A stretch of 64,000 nt of DNA from Lama guanicoe (Eukaryota): assembly GCA_013239625.1 (NCBI GenBank), contig MU055269.1:3473225-3537224 (forward strand), in the 5' to 3' direction. Shown here piece by piece: positions 22,959 to 35,835 of this stretch; the first letter of the stretch is position 1, and every line of letters begins with the position of its first letter. The position numbers and the translations under genes are program-made. Below the pieces are notes generated by a model. That model was given only the letters and a program-made list of their open reading frames with translations, searched no databases and was not told where the DNA came from.

Positions 22959-25900
22959 CCACTACCTGTGAAATTATAATCCTGCCGTTTCAGGCGCCGC
23001 CCCACAGCGAGGAGGTCTGGCCGGGCCTGGGAGGATGGGCTGGGAGGACGGGCTGGCGTCACAATTGCCCCAGGTCTATTTCTAGCTCCATGTCCTGCAC
23101 TTCAACCCCAGCAAATGCTACCAGGGATGTTCCTTAAAATGAAACACACGAGTTGCCGTGGCAGCCACCTCTCCGCATCTGTGGAAGGCGGCAGGGAGCG
23201 GGCAGGGACGTGGTGGCTCCCGCTGGAAAGCGGGTGTTGGACGGGGCGCCCGCCTGTGCAGAGAGTGCAGCAGCCACGGCACTGGCCTGGCTGCGCTGCG
23301 GCGGGGCCCTGATGTCGGTGGGGAGTTGTCTGAGGTGCAGTGGGCCTTAGGAGGGACACGGGTATACTTCTGTGGTTGCTCAGAAATAATACGATTGCCT
23401 GGTTCTGAAGACTGTTTCTCAGAGTTCTGTCGGGTCTGCTGAGGACTGAGTTTGCAGTGGGCGCTGGGCCAGCCTGGGAGCTGAATTCGCCGGCTGCCGG
23501 GCACCCCGCTCCCCACGCCAGTGTCCAGCTCTGCACCCCGAGCACCCTGCTCCGCGTACCTGTGGGAGGGGACGGGTGTTCGGACTGGAGGTGGCAGGAG
23601 GCAGTTCGTGTCTCGAGACACGAGCCACACTTCCCGAATTTCCATTCTATTAAGCCGTTTTGAATGCGCTCCCCCCAGCATTTGCTCAGCCTCCCGCTCT
23701 CTGTGCCGCCCGCCCTGGGAGTTAATGAGCCTCCTTGGCAGACAGCCAGGCTCCGAGGCAGCGGCAGAAGGTGGCGGTGATGGGAGCCGCGCTCTTCAGT
23801 GGCTCCTGACATGACATGAACCAGCCTGAACGTCTCAGGATTGTTAAGAAAGTTACTGGAAATATTTTCATTCCATGTAAATGTCATCCCTTTGAATAGC
23901 TAAATAATTCAGATTTGAATACGGTTTAGGTGGGTAATAAAGCCAAACAGAGTGGAAGCTGGGGGGCAGGCGGGAGAGAGGCCCCCAGGCGGGAGGGCAG
24001 GACCCGGGCTGCGGGGGCTTGGTCCCGGGCAAGCTGGGACCACTACCTGTGTGGGTCTTTGTTCTCAGAGGGAGGGCGTTGTCATCAGGCTGGCTGAGTG
24101 TCCGTAATGAAGTTCAGGCCTTCGAGGCTTTCGCTTTGGAATTTATTTAATTAAGGAAAACTCACGCTTAGGTGGGTCTTTTTTGTGTGTTAATAAAGGC
24201 TTTATTTTTTTTTTCTTTCCTTTGTTGGATCATGATTATCGGCAGTCTTTGGTTTACATAAAGTCCCCTCTTAGGGTGTTCTGGGAGTCAGCTGCCTGGC
24301 CCCCCCCACCGCAGTCTCCCCCCCTGGGCTGGGGGAGGGGCAGGCCTGCTCCTAGACCCCTTGCTCGACTCGGAACTCGAATGTCCAGCCAGCGCCACGG
24401 AACGTGGCTGAGCCCCGTGGGCAGGCGGTGGGGAGGCCCCAGGACTCGCTCTACCATTTGCTGGGATTTTCTTTGTTTTAATTCTCAGAATTACCTTCCT
24501 GCCAAAAAACAGTAGATCATAGATTTGCACGAAATTCTTCAGCTGGAGCAGGAGTTGTGGGGATCCGCCCACTAGACCCCTTGCAGGTCCGCACGGCCGC
24601 GGGGTGCTGGGGGCAGAGGCTGGGGGGCCTGTCCCAGCGCCACGTCTGGGTTTGTGGGGCACAGTTTGTACGCTTCTGTCAGCCTGTGCCAGGGCTGCCC
24701 TTCCAGAGTCGAGGGCTTGTCTCTAAAGTGAAATTCTTTCCTCACTGAACGCTGGATGGTCACATGGAGAAAAGGGTACCCAGCACGTGGCCACGTACCC
24801 AAGGGGGCAGGTCTGCGATCTCTTCCTGGGCATCCCTGATGCTGCCACCTCAGGACAGAGTGTCAGGAAGATAGCGGGGCTCATGGGATGTAGCAGTTGT
24901 CCCGGGAGCGCCTGTGAGAAGGGGTCCTTCGTCCACCCAGTTCCTTTCGGTGGCCGGGAGGTGCGTGTCCAGGCTGGGAAGGCTGCCGGTCCCTGTGGTG
25001 ACCAGGGGTGCAGGTGGCCTCTGCACTGGCAGAGTGGTGTCCATGTGCTGGCTGCAGACTGGCAGCCGGGATGGGACAGGTGCAGACCCCATACTCACCG
25101 AGGTGGAGCCAGAGACCCCAGAAAGGGGTAGAAACCGCCTAAAGAAAGACGGGCTCCAGACGATCTGGCACATGCGGGGCCGGGAGACCGTCGCCTGCAG
25201 TCACGTCGAGGCACGGTGCCGGGAGGAGGGGACACCTCTTTAATTTGGAACACGTCTGACATAGTAAAGCTGTTTGTCTACGTGTCATGACTGCAATTCG
25301 TGCCCTGAACGGACACAGATCAGTTTGTTAACACGTTGCCTGTTGATCGCGCTCACCGTCACAGTCGTGGTGCAGCAGTGGGGCACGCCGCCCACTCTCG
25401 CTCCTGCTGGACTGGTGACACCTGCCTTCCTACCCGAAGCCACACAGGGACTGTTTTCACCTGCACGGCCTGGGGACGCTGGTTCTGTTTTCTGTTTTTT
25501 TAACTAGCTGTTCTGGTTAGAACGGTCTGGACAGGGCCGGGCTGGTTGCGAGGAGAGGCCCTCTGGATGTGAGAGCCGGGACACGTGCTGTAAGGTGCCT
25601 GTGATGTGCTGCCGCCTGTGGCCAGAGGAGATGTCTGTCTGCAGAGCCGTCCGTGGACCCCTTCGGGAAGAGCAGTGCTTAGTCCCACAGTAACTGAGGG
25701 CACCACTGCAGCCCTGTGGGGCCGACCTTCCTGAGGCCCCGAGGCCCCTGTAGGGCTGACACCTCACAGGCCCCGGCCCGCCTGCTGCCCAGGTCCCTCT
25801 GGACAGCGCAGGCAGCCTCCTCTGTGGCCAGGCCTGGGTGTTTGTGGACAAGGGCCTCTGCACCCGCCCAGCACCCCACGCCCAGGCGGGCGGGGGCCTG

Positions 25901-27808
25901 GAGGCAGGGTGTCCGCACCTGTCCCAGGAGGTCACCGCAGGGGGGCGTCTCTCCCAGGGCCGCAGCCCAGCCTACAGCCCCAGGCCCCCTCTCCTGGGGA
26001 CCCTTGACCGTGTCCTCTGGGAAGTCCTGTTCCAAGGTTATTCACTTCTCATTTGATTTTCACAAAGATTGCAATTTCGTTTTTAACCCTCGATTGTGGT
26101 GTTTTTGGTGAAAGTCAGTAAGCCTCTGAGGGTGTTGGTGTGACTGGGGGGCGCAGCGGACAGAGGGGGCTGTGCCCGGCGTTGGGGTCTGGCCTGTGGA
26201 AGGGGAGACTGTCCTGTCCCCTGGGGTGGGGGGGGGGGTGGGGCGGTGCAAGGGCGCAGATGGGGCTGGGGAGCGAGGCTTGGGGGCAGCAGTTTTGTGG
26301 GCAGGTGTGTCCTTGGACCCCCGGAGCCCCCCTGTCCCAGCTCCCTCCTCCTGCCTGGGGCCTCTGATTCCCTCAGCTGCAGTTTGTTTTCTTGGCTCAG
26401 CTCAGTCTCTCCCCAGGGCTGTTTAGAATCCGGCACCGAGTTTGAGCATCTGGAAGTCTGGAGCTTTCTCTCCAAAAGGCAGCGCGCCTGACACCCCGGG
26501 GTGAAGGCAGGGCCTGGCTCTCCCTCCAGGATGTGCCCAGGGGAGTGGCGAGCAGTGCTTTCCTGGGAAGGGGGTTTAGCGTGTCAAAGGCAGAACTTCT
26601 TGGTAGCAAGGACTATAAAAGACTGGATTGCCAGAGAAGGTAGTTGAACCCCTGCTTCTGGAAGGAAGCGGTGGTGGAAACGGGCTCCCCTCACTGGGGC
26701 TGCTGGACCCACTTCTGTTAGTGAATACGGTGGGCGGAGCCTGCATTTGAGGCCCCTGATTTTCTGGGGTTTTCCCAGCCAGCACAGCAGGGGGGCAGCC
26801 CTGCCCTCGACCACAGTATCTCCCAGCGGCAGACTTAACCCAGGAGCGGGCTGTACGGTTTCCAGGGGGCGCTTCCATTATTCAGAGGCCTGGGGAGACT
26901 CACCTCTTGGTGCACGAAGATGAGGGGCCGAGATGTTACAAAAAGTCAGTTCAAATCGGAGGCCCAGAGTGTGGCTTTCCTGTTCAAAACTACTAATTAC
27001 ACTAGTAGTGATTTTTGGAAGTGTTTGGAGGTTGTAATTAATGCGTAATGACTTTAAACGTGACTGCACGTCGATGTTGCCAGCTGGGTTTTTTTAAGAA
27101 GAACTCTTAGGCCGTGAGTTACCATCGGCGTTTCTGTGAGAGACCCCGGTTTCTGTGTTTTCATCCAAAGGTGCTTTCTTTGTAGCTGGTGACTGGGGCA
27201 CCTGCATGTGACTAGTCTGTTAAAATGCCTTTAGATGTGCGCGTCCCAGCGTCTAAAAGCCAGCCACCCAGCCAGCCCTCCGCCAGTCCACCCACCAAAC
27301 CCTCCTCCGGCCCCCACCCTGTCTGCTCACTGAACAAACGGGGCACAGACTCCGTGTTGAGGTCCCGCGAGCCACACTAGGCTCACCCAGCAAAGGTCTC
27401 TGCCGGCCCAGAGCTTGGTTTCTGCGGGCGAAAGACGTGGTGGACGAGGAGACAGGCGTTCAGGAGGGAAAATCCAGTGAGGGGGGATGTAAGTGTTGGG
27501 TGGGGACTGGGATTTTGAGAGGGTGGCTGGGGGGCAGGTTTTGAGTAAAGAGCAGAAGAAAGTAAGGGGCCGACCAGTGGTGTGGCCTTGGGCAGGGGGA
27601 CGCGGGGGCAGAGGGAAGCTCTGGTGTGGAGAGTGGGGAGGGCCCAGGGAGGGGCTCGAGCTGCCTCCCGTTGGGGCAGCAGGAGCTGAGCGACCCCACA
27701 GGGCCCCTGCCCACAGGTAGCGGGGTGGGGCAGGTCCCCGATCCTGGGTTCCTAAGCCTGTGGTTTGTGTCTGGGGACCAGCTGCTCATCCCTCCCTTTT
27801 CCTTCCAG

Positions 27809-28907
27809 AGCATTACAGCTATGTCTCCTCCAACATCGCGCCTGGCCTGCCCCTCACTGTGGCCCACCCCTCGCTGCCAGCCCCATGCCACGACCTGCAG
27901 ACCTCGGCCCCGGGCGTCTCAGCCGCTGCGTCCGCGAGTCACCCCGCGGGGTACGGTGGAGCTGTGGACGGCGGGCCCTCAGGCTACTTTCTCGCTTCGG
28001 GCAACGTCAGGCCCAACGGGGCGCCGGCTCTGGAGAGCCCCCGCATTGAGATCACCTCGTACCTGGGGCTGCACCACAGCGGCAGCCAGTTTTTCCATGA
28101 CGTGGAGGTGGAGGACGTCCTGCCCAGCTCCAAGCGGCCCCCGTCCACGGCCACCCTGAACCTGCCCAGCCTGGAGGCCTACCGGGACCCCTCGTGCCTG
28201 AGCCCGGCCAGCAGCCTGTCCTCCCGCAGCTGCAACTCCGAGGCCTCGTCCTACGAGTCCAGCTTCTCCTACCCGTACGCGTCCCCTCAGACGTCCCCCT
28301 GGCAGTCCCCCTGCGTGTCCCCCAAGACCACAGACCCCGAGGAGGGCTTTCCCCGCGGCCTGGGGGCCTGCAGCCTGCTCGGGTCCCCACGGCACTCGCC
28401 CTCCACCTCGCCCCGCACCAGCATCACTGAGGAGAGCTGGCTGGGCACCCGCACGTCCAGGCCCCCGTCCCCCTGCAACAAGAGGAAGCACGGCCTCAAC
28501 GGCCGGCAGCTGTCCTGCTCCCCCCACCACTCGCCCACGCCGTCGCCGCACAGCTCGCCGCGGGTCAGCGTCACTGACGACACGTGGCTGGGCAACACCA
28601 CGCAGTACACGAGCTCAGCCATCGTGGCCGCCATCAACGCCCTGAGCACCGACGGCAGCCTGGACCTGGGCGACGGCGTCCCAGTCAAGGCCCGCAAGAC
28701 CGCCCTGGACCACTCTCCTTCGGTGGCGCTCAAGGTGGAGCCGGCCGGCGAGGACCTGGGCACCACGCCACCCACGTCCGACTTCCCGCCTGAGGAGTTC
28801 TCGTCCTTCCAGCACATCCGCAAGGGCGCCTTCTGCGACCAGTACCTGTCGGTGCCGCAGCACCCATACCCGTGGGCCCGGCCACGCTCGCCCACCTCCT
28901 ACGCCAG
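27809..28907 (+). CDS. NFATC1: NFATC1 large shared exon encoding the regulatory (NFAT homology) domain
   Basis: Acceptor ttttccttccag| at 27808; 1099 nt. Encodes calcineurin docking PRIEIT (28039-28056), serine-rich region SPASSLSSRSCNSEASSYES, three SP repeats, NLS KRK (28480-28488), LKVE SUMO motif and LxVP motif YLSVP (28843-28857). Donor AG|gtgagc. Confidence 0.98.
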
Positions 28908-31900
28908 GTGAGCCGGGCCGCGCCGCAGAGCCGGCTGTCAGGGCCTGGAGGCCGGCAGGGCCGGTTCCTCCTTGGGGGGTGCTCTCTGCTTCCGCCCGGG
29001 GTTTGCTGTCCGCCTTGGCGCCCGTGGCTTCCTCCTGCCGTGTCTGGTGTCTGAGTCTGACCTCCTTTCTGGAGGCACCCAGGCGTGTCGGGGCGGGCCC
29101 CCCTGAAGACCTCTCCTTCACCGATTCTCTGCTTTCTGAAGGCCGTCTCCATGTGAGGCCCTGTTCGGAGGTGCTGGGATCAGGGCTTCGGGGACAGGAG
29201 TCTGCCCATAACGGGTTTTCAGACACGTGCGAGGTTTCTGTTTTCGGTGGAGCCTGGCGCGTGTCTGTGGTTCTGCCCCCCCCCCACCCCTCTCCGCCTA
29301 ATTGCCGTCCTCGTCCTCGTCGGCACAGATGGGGCCTCGGCTCAGCGACTCCCCAGAGCCGCCAGCCCTGCCGCGTTTGGAACAACACAGCCTCCCCCCC
29401 CACCCCCCGGAGACGCCCGCCGCCTGGCTGTGAGCTCGGCACCTCCGAACCCTCATCTGGGGCTGTTGGGTTTTCTTCTAACGGCGTCGTGGCTGCTGGT
29501 GCTCCGCTGGGTCCACTTACTCAGCCTGGGGTTTTTATTTTTAACTAAACAGCTTTCCCAACAGGTGGCCGCTAATGCCCCCTGCAGAGCGCTTTCTGCT
29601 GCAGGGCTTCTGTCGGGCATAGCCTGCACGCCGCCCTCCGAGGCCTCTGTCGCGGGCCGGGCCGCCCCCGGGAGGAGGCGTGTGCCGGGCACCTGTGCTT
29701 CTGCCTGTGGTTTTGGGTATTTGAGGCTTAGCGCTCTGTTTTCCTGCTCCTCTTTGTTAGGGGGCATTCTGGGGGCGAGGCGGGGAGCAGGCCCTGCTGG
29801 TGTCCGGCGGTCGTGCCGGGAGCGAGGAGAGCGCGTCAGTAAGCCACTGACCGCAGAGCTCGCTCCCTCCCGCCCAGACCCTCTGTCCCCACGGCTAACC
29901 TGCACACGGTGGACTCAGAGCCACAGGTGGCCGATTTAATTCTCGGCCCCAAATGAGCTTAGCTAAGCCGTTCTAGAGATTTGTGGCAAAGAAAGAGCAT
30001 GAGAACTGACGGTTAATCAGCTGCTGAACACTCGCTTTCTGCCGCGTGTGTAGGCGTCAAGGGGCAGGGAGAAAGCAGGACTTACCGCTGACTCCTCCCT
30101 GGCTGGCATCAGGGTGCGTCCTCATTTCTGTTGCTTAAGAAGCTGGTGTATTCAAAGTTACTCTCAAAACAAACCTATCTATGAACCTGGATTTCATTCA
30201 TCAATGTGGGAATTAAAAAACCCACTTAGAGGCATTTAAAACGTGTGGGAGCTGTTTCTGCAAGCTGTACTTCTTCACAATTTTTATTTAAATAAAAAAG
30301 AATATTTGAAAGGTGACCTCAAGCACAGACTCACACGCAGTTCGTAACCTTCTGCATTTTCGTGACCACGAAGGTCCCCGTGGCTGATGAGGAGACTTGG
30401 GTGAACCTACGTCAGAGAGAGTGAGGTAGTGACTGCAGCCGCGGCGACGACTCTGGCCTGCGGGTTTGGGACGAGGGGGCGGAAGTTCAGGTGGACCCTG
30501 GCGTCTGCAGGGGCTGCCACGACAAACATGCGGACGCTCAGTCCCCACGCGTCTCGCGGAGCCACACTGCCTTTCTGTGTGGTTACAGGGGTGCCAGCCC
30601 GTGGCCACGCCTTAATTTGGTGGCTCCTGTGAAGACCCTGAATCCAAGCACGGTCGCCTTCTGAGGTCCCGGCTGGGGGCTCCGACCGGGGACCTTTGGC
30701 GGGGCCAGCTCAGCTTGTGACACCTGGTGCTGGGGTGGGTGGGACCCTGGTGCCTCCTTCTTCCAGGCCCCTGGCTGCCGGGAGCCTGCGGGAACGCGGG
30801 TGTTTCTGGCGAGGTGTCCTCTGCGCACCAGGCATCTTTACCCCGGGGTCTGGGCGATGGCCTTGGGGCCGAGACTCTGCCTCTTCCTGCCTTGGCTGCG
30901 AGCCCTGAGTGAGGGGTTCTGCCCGCAGCACTCCCGTGAGTTCAGGCAAACAGACCCCGTGGACGCACCACCCTTCCCCCTGGGGGTTGAAGTCAGCTTT
31001 TCCCACTATTTTGGTTCCACGCCAGAACACGTCTCCTGGTCCCCAGCGGCGGTACGTTTCCATGTGACCCCGTCCAGGTGCTCGGGGGGAGAGCGGGGTC
31101 GGCTGCTTGACCCACTGGGGCCGGTGACCGACTTCTTCCCACGGCGGCTGCTGCGCGTGCCCGAGACGGGGGGCCAGCCCAGGGGACGCCAGCGGGCGCT
31201 CGGGCCACACAGCTGAGGTGCGAGTGTGGGACGGCCTCTGGCATCTGGGGTGGAGAATTCATCGGGGCGAGTCCAGTCCCCTTGCCTGGGTGCGGCCCCG
31301 CCGCGCACGCTGCTAGCTCTGTCCTGAGGGGGAGGAACTTTCTCGTGAGACGTGTGCGGTGCTGGCCCCTCCCCAGGGGTCTCGGTGTTGTGGGACCGTT
31401 TCCCCTTGGGGGCCTTTCTGCCTGGATAGCGTGTGTGGCACGCCCCTCGGTGCAGAGCGGTCTGACAGACCCCCAGGCGTCACAGAACGATGCTGAGTTC
31501 TTGCCACAGAAGCTGTGCTTGTGAAAGCAGCAGCGGTGTTTGCACAGGAGTGAATCGTTTCAGAGTTTAGACTTATTTTGGGGCTTAAGAACGGTGTTCC
31601 TGCCCTTGGAGCTCAGGAGACGCTAGAGCCCCCAGATGAGGGTTTTGGGTTCTGCGTCGGAGTCCGGCCACAGCCTCTTCAGAACGGAGAGGGTCCTCTT
31701 CCCACTGTGCTCCAGGCTGCGGGTGAGAATGACTAATTCTGCCGGCGACAGTCACAGGCAGCGCCCACGGTCCCCTCGTCCGCACGGTGGGGGTGGCCGG
31801 AGGTGCTGAGAGTGGAGGGGCCCTGCCAGCAAGGCCGGGGACAGGAGAACCCTCGCCGGCGGGGTTGTTTCCGGGTGGTGGTTCTCAGATGGTGGCTTTT

Positions 31901-32590
31901 GGAGGACTTCACGCCGACCCAGAGGAGCTAAAGCTTAAGCGTCTGTGGAGCTGAACGCACTAGAGCGCCTGTCGGGGCGCTCGCGGTCCGTCCCGTGAAC
32001 TGGCTCGCGGGCAGTGTCAGCTTTCGAGGTTTCAGCATCGTTGGCGATCTGGGTCCAGCGTAATCTCTGAATCGTCTCTAAAGAGGCGAAGTCCATGAGG
32101 GTGTGGACTGAGAGGGAGCTGGGTTTGGAAGGCAGAGCGTCTCCAGAAGAGGCTTGTGACCCAACAGCGCGCGGCCGGACTAACTGCCCGCCGTGGCGCG
32201 CGCCCTTTTGAGGGAAGACGCAGGAAGCAGTAGCCTCCTGGGGGCGAGGGCGGCGCAGGGACGGGGGCGCCAGGTCCGCTTGGTTCAGGGACCCGAGGCC
32301 TGCACGTCCAAACCGCTTCTTCCAGGTCTTGGCTGCGGCTGATGATCTGAGTGACGTTCTCGACTCTTAGGCCGCACGTAAGCGTTGGCTCCAGAAGCCT
32401 GACGGAGCCGTCGCTGACCCCAGCTGCACTGCGTCCGCCCGTTTCAGGGTTTATCCCCGTTTGGAGTCAGATTGGGTAAAGCTGGAGGCTGGTGACCACC
32501 CCTAGCGCGTCACTCCTCCCCTGCGGCCCCGACCCTGGGCCGCCTGCGCTGGGGGCTGCAGGCAGGCCAGCCCCCGGCCCCCGCCTGCCA

Positions 32591-32995
32591 AGAGTCCAGC
32601 TCTACCCACTGTGAACAGGGCCTGAGCGGGTGGCCCGGAGGCTGAGCACAGGCCCTGCTAGTGCTCGGGTGGAGCAGAGACCTGCTGCGATTCCACAGGC
32701 TCCCCGCTAGCTGGCTTCTCTTTTAAAGCTCAGTCTCAGAGAGCTTCCTTTTGTGATGTCAAACAGAAAAGCAACCCCCCCCACCCCGGCACCGGGCGTG
32801 TCACTCGTGGGTTGCTTTTCTGTTTGACATCACAAAAGGAAGCTCTCTGAGACTGAGCTTTAAAAGAGAAGCCAGCTAGCGGGGAGCCTGTGGAATCGCA
32901 GCAGGTCTCTGCTCCACCCGAGCACTAGCAGGGCCTGTGCTCAGCCTCCGGGCCACCCGCTCAGGCCCTGTTCACAGTGGGTAGAGCTGGACTCT
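32591..32995. repeat. Perfect inverted repeat: 187-bp arms (32591-32777 and 32809-32995) with a 31-bp spacer
   Basis: Base-by-base comparison shows the right arm is the exact reverse complement of the left arm (agagtccagctctacc...aaacagaaaagcaaccc / gggttgcttttctgttt...ggtagagctggactct). Confidence 0.97.
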
Positions 32996-34544
32996 CGCCC
33001 GTGACCAGCTGCCCCGGAGCTGCCCCTCGTGGGCCTTTGCTCCCAGGAGCCCCGAACAGACTTCCCTCAAATTGGGGGGCGGGCCGTTGGGGGGCGCCAG
33101 GGGAGCCTGAAACCTTCCTACGACATACGTGTCCTGGGCCAGGTGCTGACATGCCGCCAGGGGAGGTGGGAACCCAGCAGACAGAGGTCTGACCTTGACC
33201 GCAGCCTCTCCCAGAGGCTCTTGCAGGTGGATTCCGTCCCCAGGGCAGCTGGGGCTCTGCGTTTCTGCTGGTGGGCCCCTCGCCGCAGGAGCACGTGGTC
33301 TTAGAGACTCAGACCCCCTGCAGCTCACGGAGCAGCCTCCCCCTGGTTCCCAGAGTCGCAGTTGACGCTGTGAAAGGTGCTTCGAGTCCCAGCTTCAGCT
33401 AAGATGTGGGTTTGAAGTGGAGGGAGCGGCGGGCAGGAGGCTCCTGCCCCGAGGTGCGGAGGACGTGGGCCCCTGTTTCTCTTTTTGATGTTATTCTGTG
33501 GATGTCTGTAATTATTGGCCACGAAGAAGAGAAAGAGAAACTCAGATCCTTTTGTGTTCCTGGAGCCGATAAAATAATTTGCATCTTGGTGGCTTTGCAC
33601 GCAGATTTTCACGTCGAGCCACTGAGATCTGAAATGCTGGCTGGTTGTGTGGGATAATCCAAATGCCAGAGAGTGGCAGCCCCGAGACGGGTCACGCCCG
33701 GCCTGGTCCTGCGCAGGCCCCTCTGTCCACCCCAGGGCATGTGGGGGCGGGGCTGCACGCAGGAGGCTCAGGCACCAGCCCGGGCCTTCCTGGGTCTCCG
33801 ACCTGGAGAGTTCCCAGACTGCTGAGCCTCGGCCGGGAGGAAGCGTCCAGCGGCGACACGCGCCAGTGACCACAGACAAAACAGAGCTGATTTCTGCTCA
33901 GACGTCTTCCTCTGGGGCAGGTGTGTTCCGAGCTCGTCTGGGGCCCCGCACACCTGCCACACACCTGGGCCGGCTGAGGCCAGGTAACGGTCCCGCCGGG
34001 GCTCACACACGTCATTGTGGTGGGGGGCCGGTGATCGTCCACGCTTAACACTAGACCTTCTGTGCAGGTTAGTGGGCCTTATTTGCCAATTGTTTCTTGG
34101 TTCTTGAGCAAAAACCTGTTCACGTCATGATGGGTTTGTTTCTTCAATGAATGGTTCTGAAACACCTTCTGGAAGCTGGGGTTTGACATGCAGCAGTAGC
34201 TGAGTTTCAGTGAAGAAAGCGACTTCAGTGTTGTTTTTCCCTGAGATTTCCCGTCTGAGTCCGTCTGTGCTCTGGGCACCCCGCCGCCCCGCTTGCCCCT
34301 CACGTGAGGGAGGTTTTTTGGAGAGGAGCCGTCTGGAGCTTGGTGCCCACACCCCTGGAGCCCAGAGCGCTGCATTAATTATGCTCCGACCTCCCGGTGC
34401 CTCGGAGGGTCCTCGGGGCCTCTGGAAATGCCTGCTTTTCTCTTGAGAGTCACCTCCCGCAGGTGAGTGTGGCCACCCGCAGGGCAGCCACACTGAGCCC
34501 GAAGCTCATTAGGGCCGTCTGGACGCAGGGACCGGGCACCGGGC

Positions 34545-34680
34545 CAGCGAGCCCACGGCTGTGGGAGACGGAGTGCGGGCATAAGTCCCATCTTACAGAC
34601 GGGGATGCTGAGGCATGTGGAAGTTCCTGGACGCACAATCAAAGAGCGGGGAGCCGTGAGGTCTAGTGACGCGTGCGTGG
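34545..34680 (-). mobile_element. MIR SINE fragment
   Basis: cccatcttacagacggggatgctgaggca resembles the MIR core CCCATTTTACAGATGAGGAAACTGAGGCA. Confidence 0.6.
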
Positions 34681-35534
34681 TCACTGCAGGGCTCCAAGGC
34701 CAGGAGGCCCCAGTGACAGCCGCCGGGGTGCGTCACAGGGGCCGGACACATGCCTGGAGGTGGCCCTGGGGTCTCACTGCTTTATCTTGAGCCAGGGGTT
34801 ACGAGGAGGGGGTGAGGCAGCGGAGACGCGTGTGTGGTGAGGGGGTACGGTGGTCACTCGCAGGCGGTGGCCAGAGACCACAGCGACGAGGGGGCAGCAC
34901 CCAGCCGGCTGCGCCTGTCGGGCACAGGATCTCCTCGGGCCCGAGGATGGGCTCTGCTGCGAACAGCGGGCGTCAGGATCTGAGCTGTTGCAGCGAGACC
35001 CTCCCTAGCTCCTGCGTTGCCCTGGTCCTCGGGAGCCACGTGCTGGCTCAGACATCTTCCTGTGGCTGACTTGAGAGCAACTGTATGTATTATGTCCTGA
35101 GCCACTGAAGTCTGTTTTAAACTTCGAATTTGGAAACCGAATGGCTACTATTTAAAGACTCTCTGGGCTTTTCTGTGGGCCCCATGTTAAAACTAAGCAG
35201 AGGAGGGGTGAGCTCTGGGGGTCGCCCGCCGACTCTCCTGGTGTTTCTGTGGTGGAAAGTACATCGGAATGTCGCCTTCGGGGCTAACTTGTGCCCCATC
35301 CTGCGTTACTCGGCGATTCTGAGTCTCTTCGTCTGTGAGCCATCCATGGCAGCCGGAGTGTTCTCGCCCTGAGCCTTCATCTCTGCCACGACTGACTGGC
35401 AGCAGGCTTCAGTGGCACCCGAGACAGCATTTGGGCCTGAAGTCACTGTCACAAACATGCTGGAATCTGCCCCCTGTAGTGTGAAGGTCAGAGGAGCAGC
35501 AGAGTTTTCCCATGGGGTTCCTCACCCAGGGGCC

Positions 35535-35835
35535 GATCCTTCATCCATCTGTTCTTTCTCCCTTCCTGCCTTGCCTCCTTCTTCCGTCCATCCGTCCATC
35601 CTCCCACTCATTCACCCACCCACCCATCATCCACCCATCATGCATCCATCATCCATCGTTTGTCCTTCCACCCGCCCATGAACCCATCGTCCATCCATCA
35701 TCCACCCACCCATCCATCCATCCATCCGTTTGTCCTTCCACCCATCCACCCACCCACTCATCGTCCATCCATCATCCATCTGTTTGTCCTTCCGCCCGCC
35801 CATTAACCCATCATCCATCCATCCCTCCCTCCCTC
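35535..35835. repeat. Degenerate (CCAT)n simple repeat with a higher-order unit
   Basis: Repeated ccatccatc/ccacccacc, with gtttgtccttcc recurring three times at about 60-70 nt spacing. Confidence 0.85.

Noticed and set aside
27979-29442. Several long antisense ORFs over the large NFATC1 exon
   Set aside because: Expected shadow ORFs from the high third-position GC content of the real exon.
32591-32995. Reading the palindrome as a DNA transposon (MITE) or a canonical pre-miRNA
   Set aside because: No target-site duplication or recognisable TIR end motif. The stem is far longer and more perfect than a pre-miRNA, so it is kept only as an inverted duplication.
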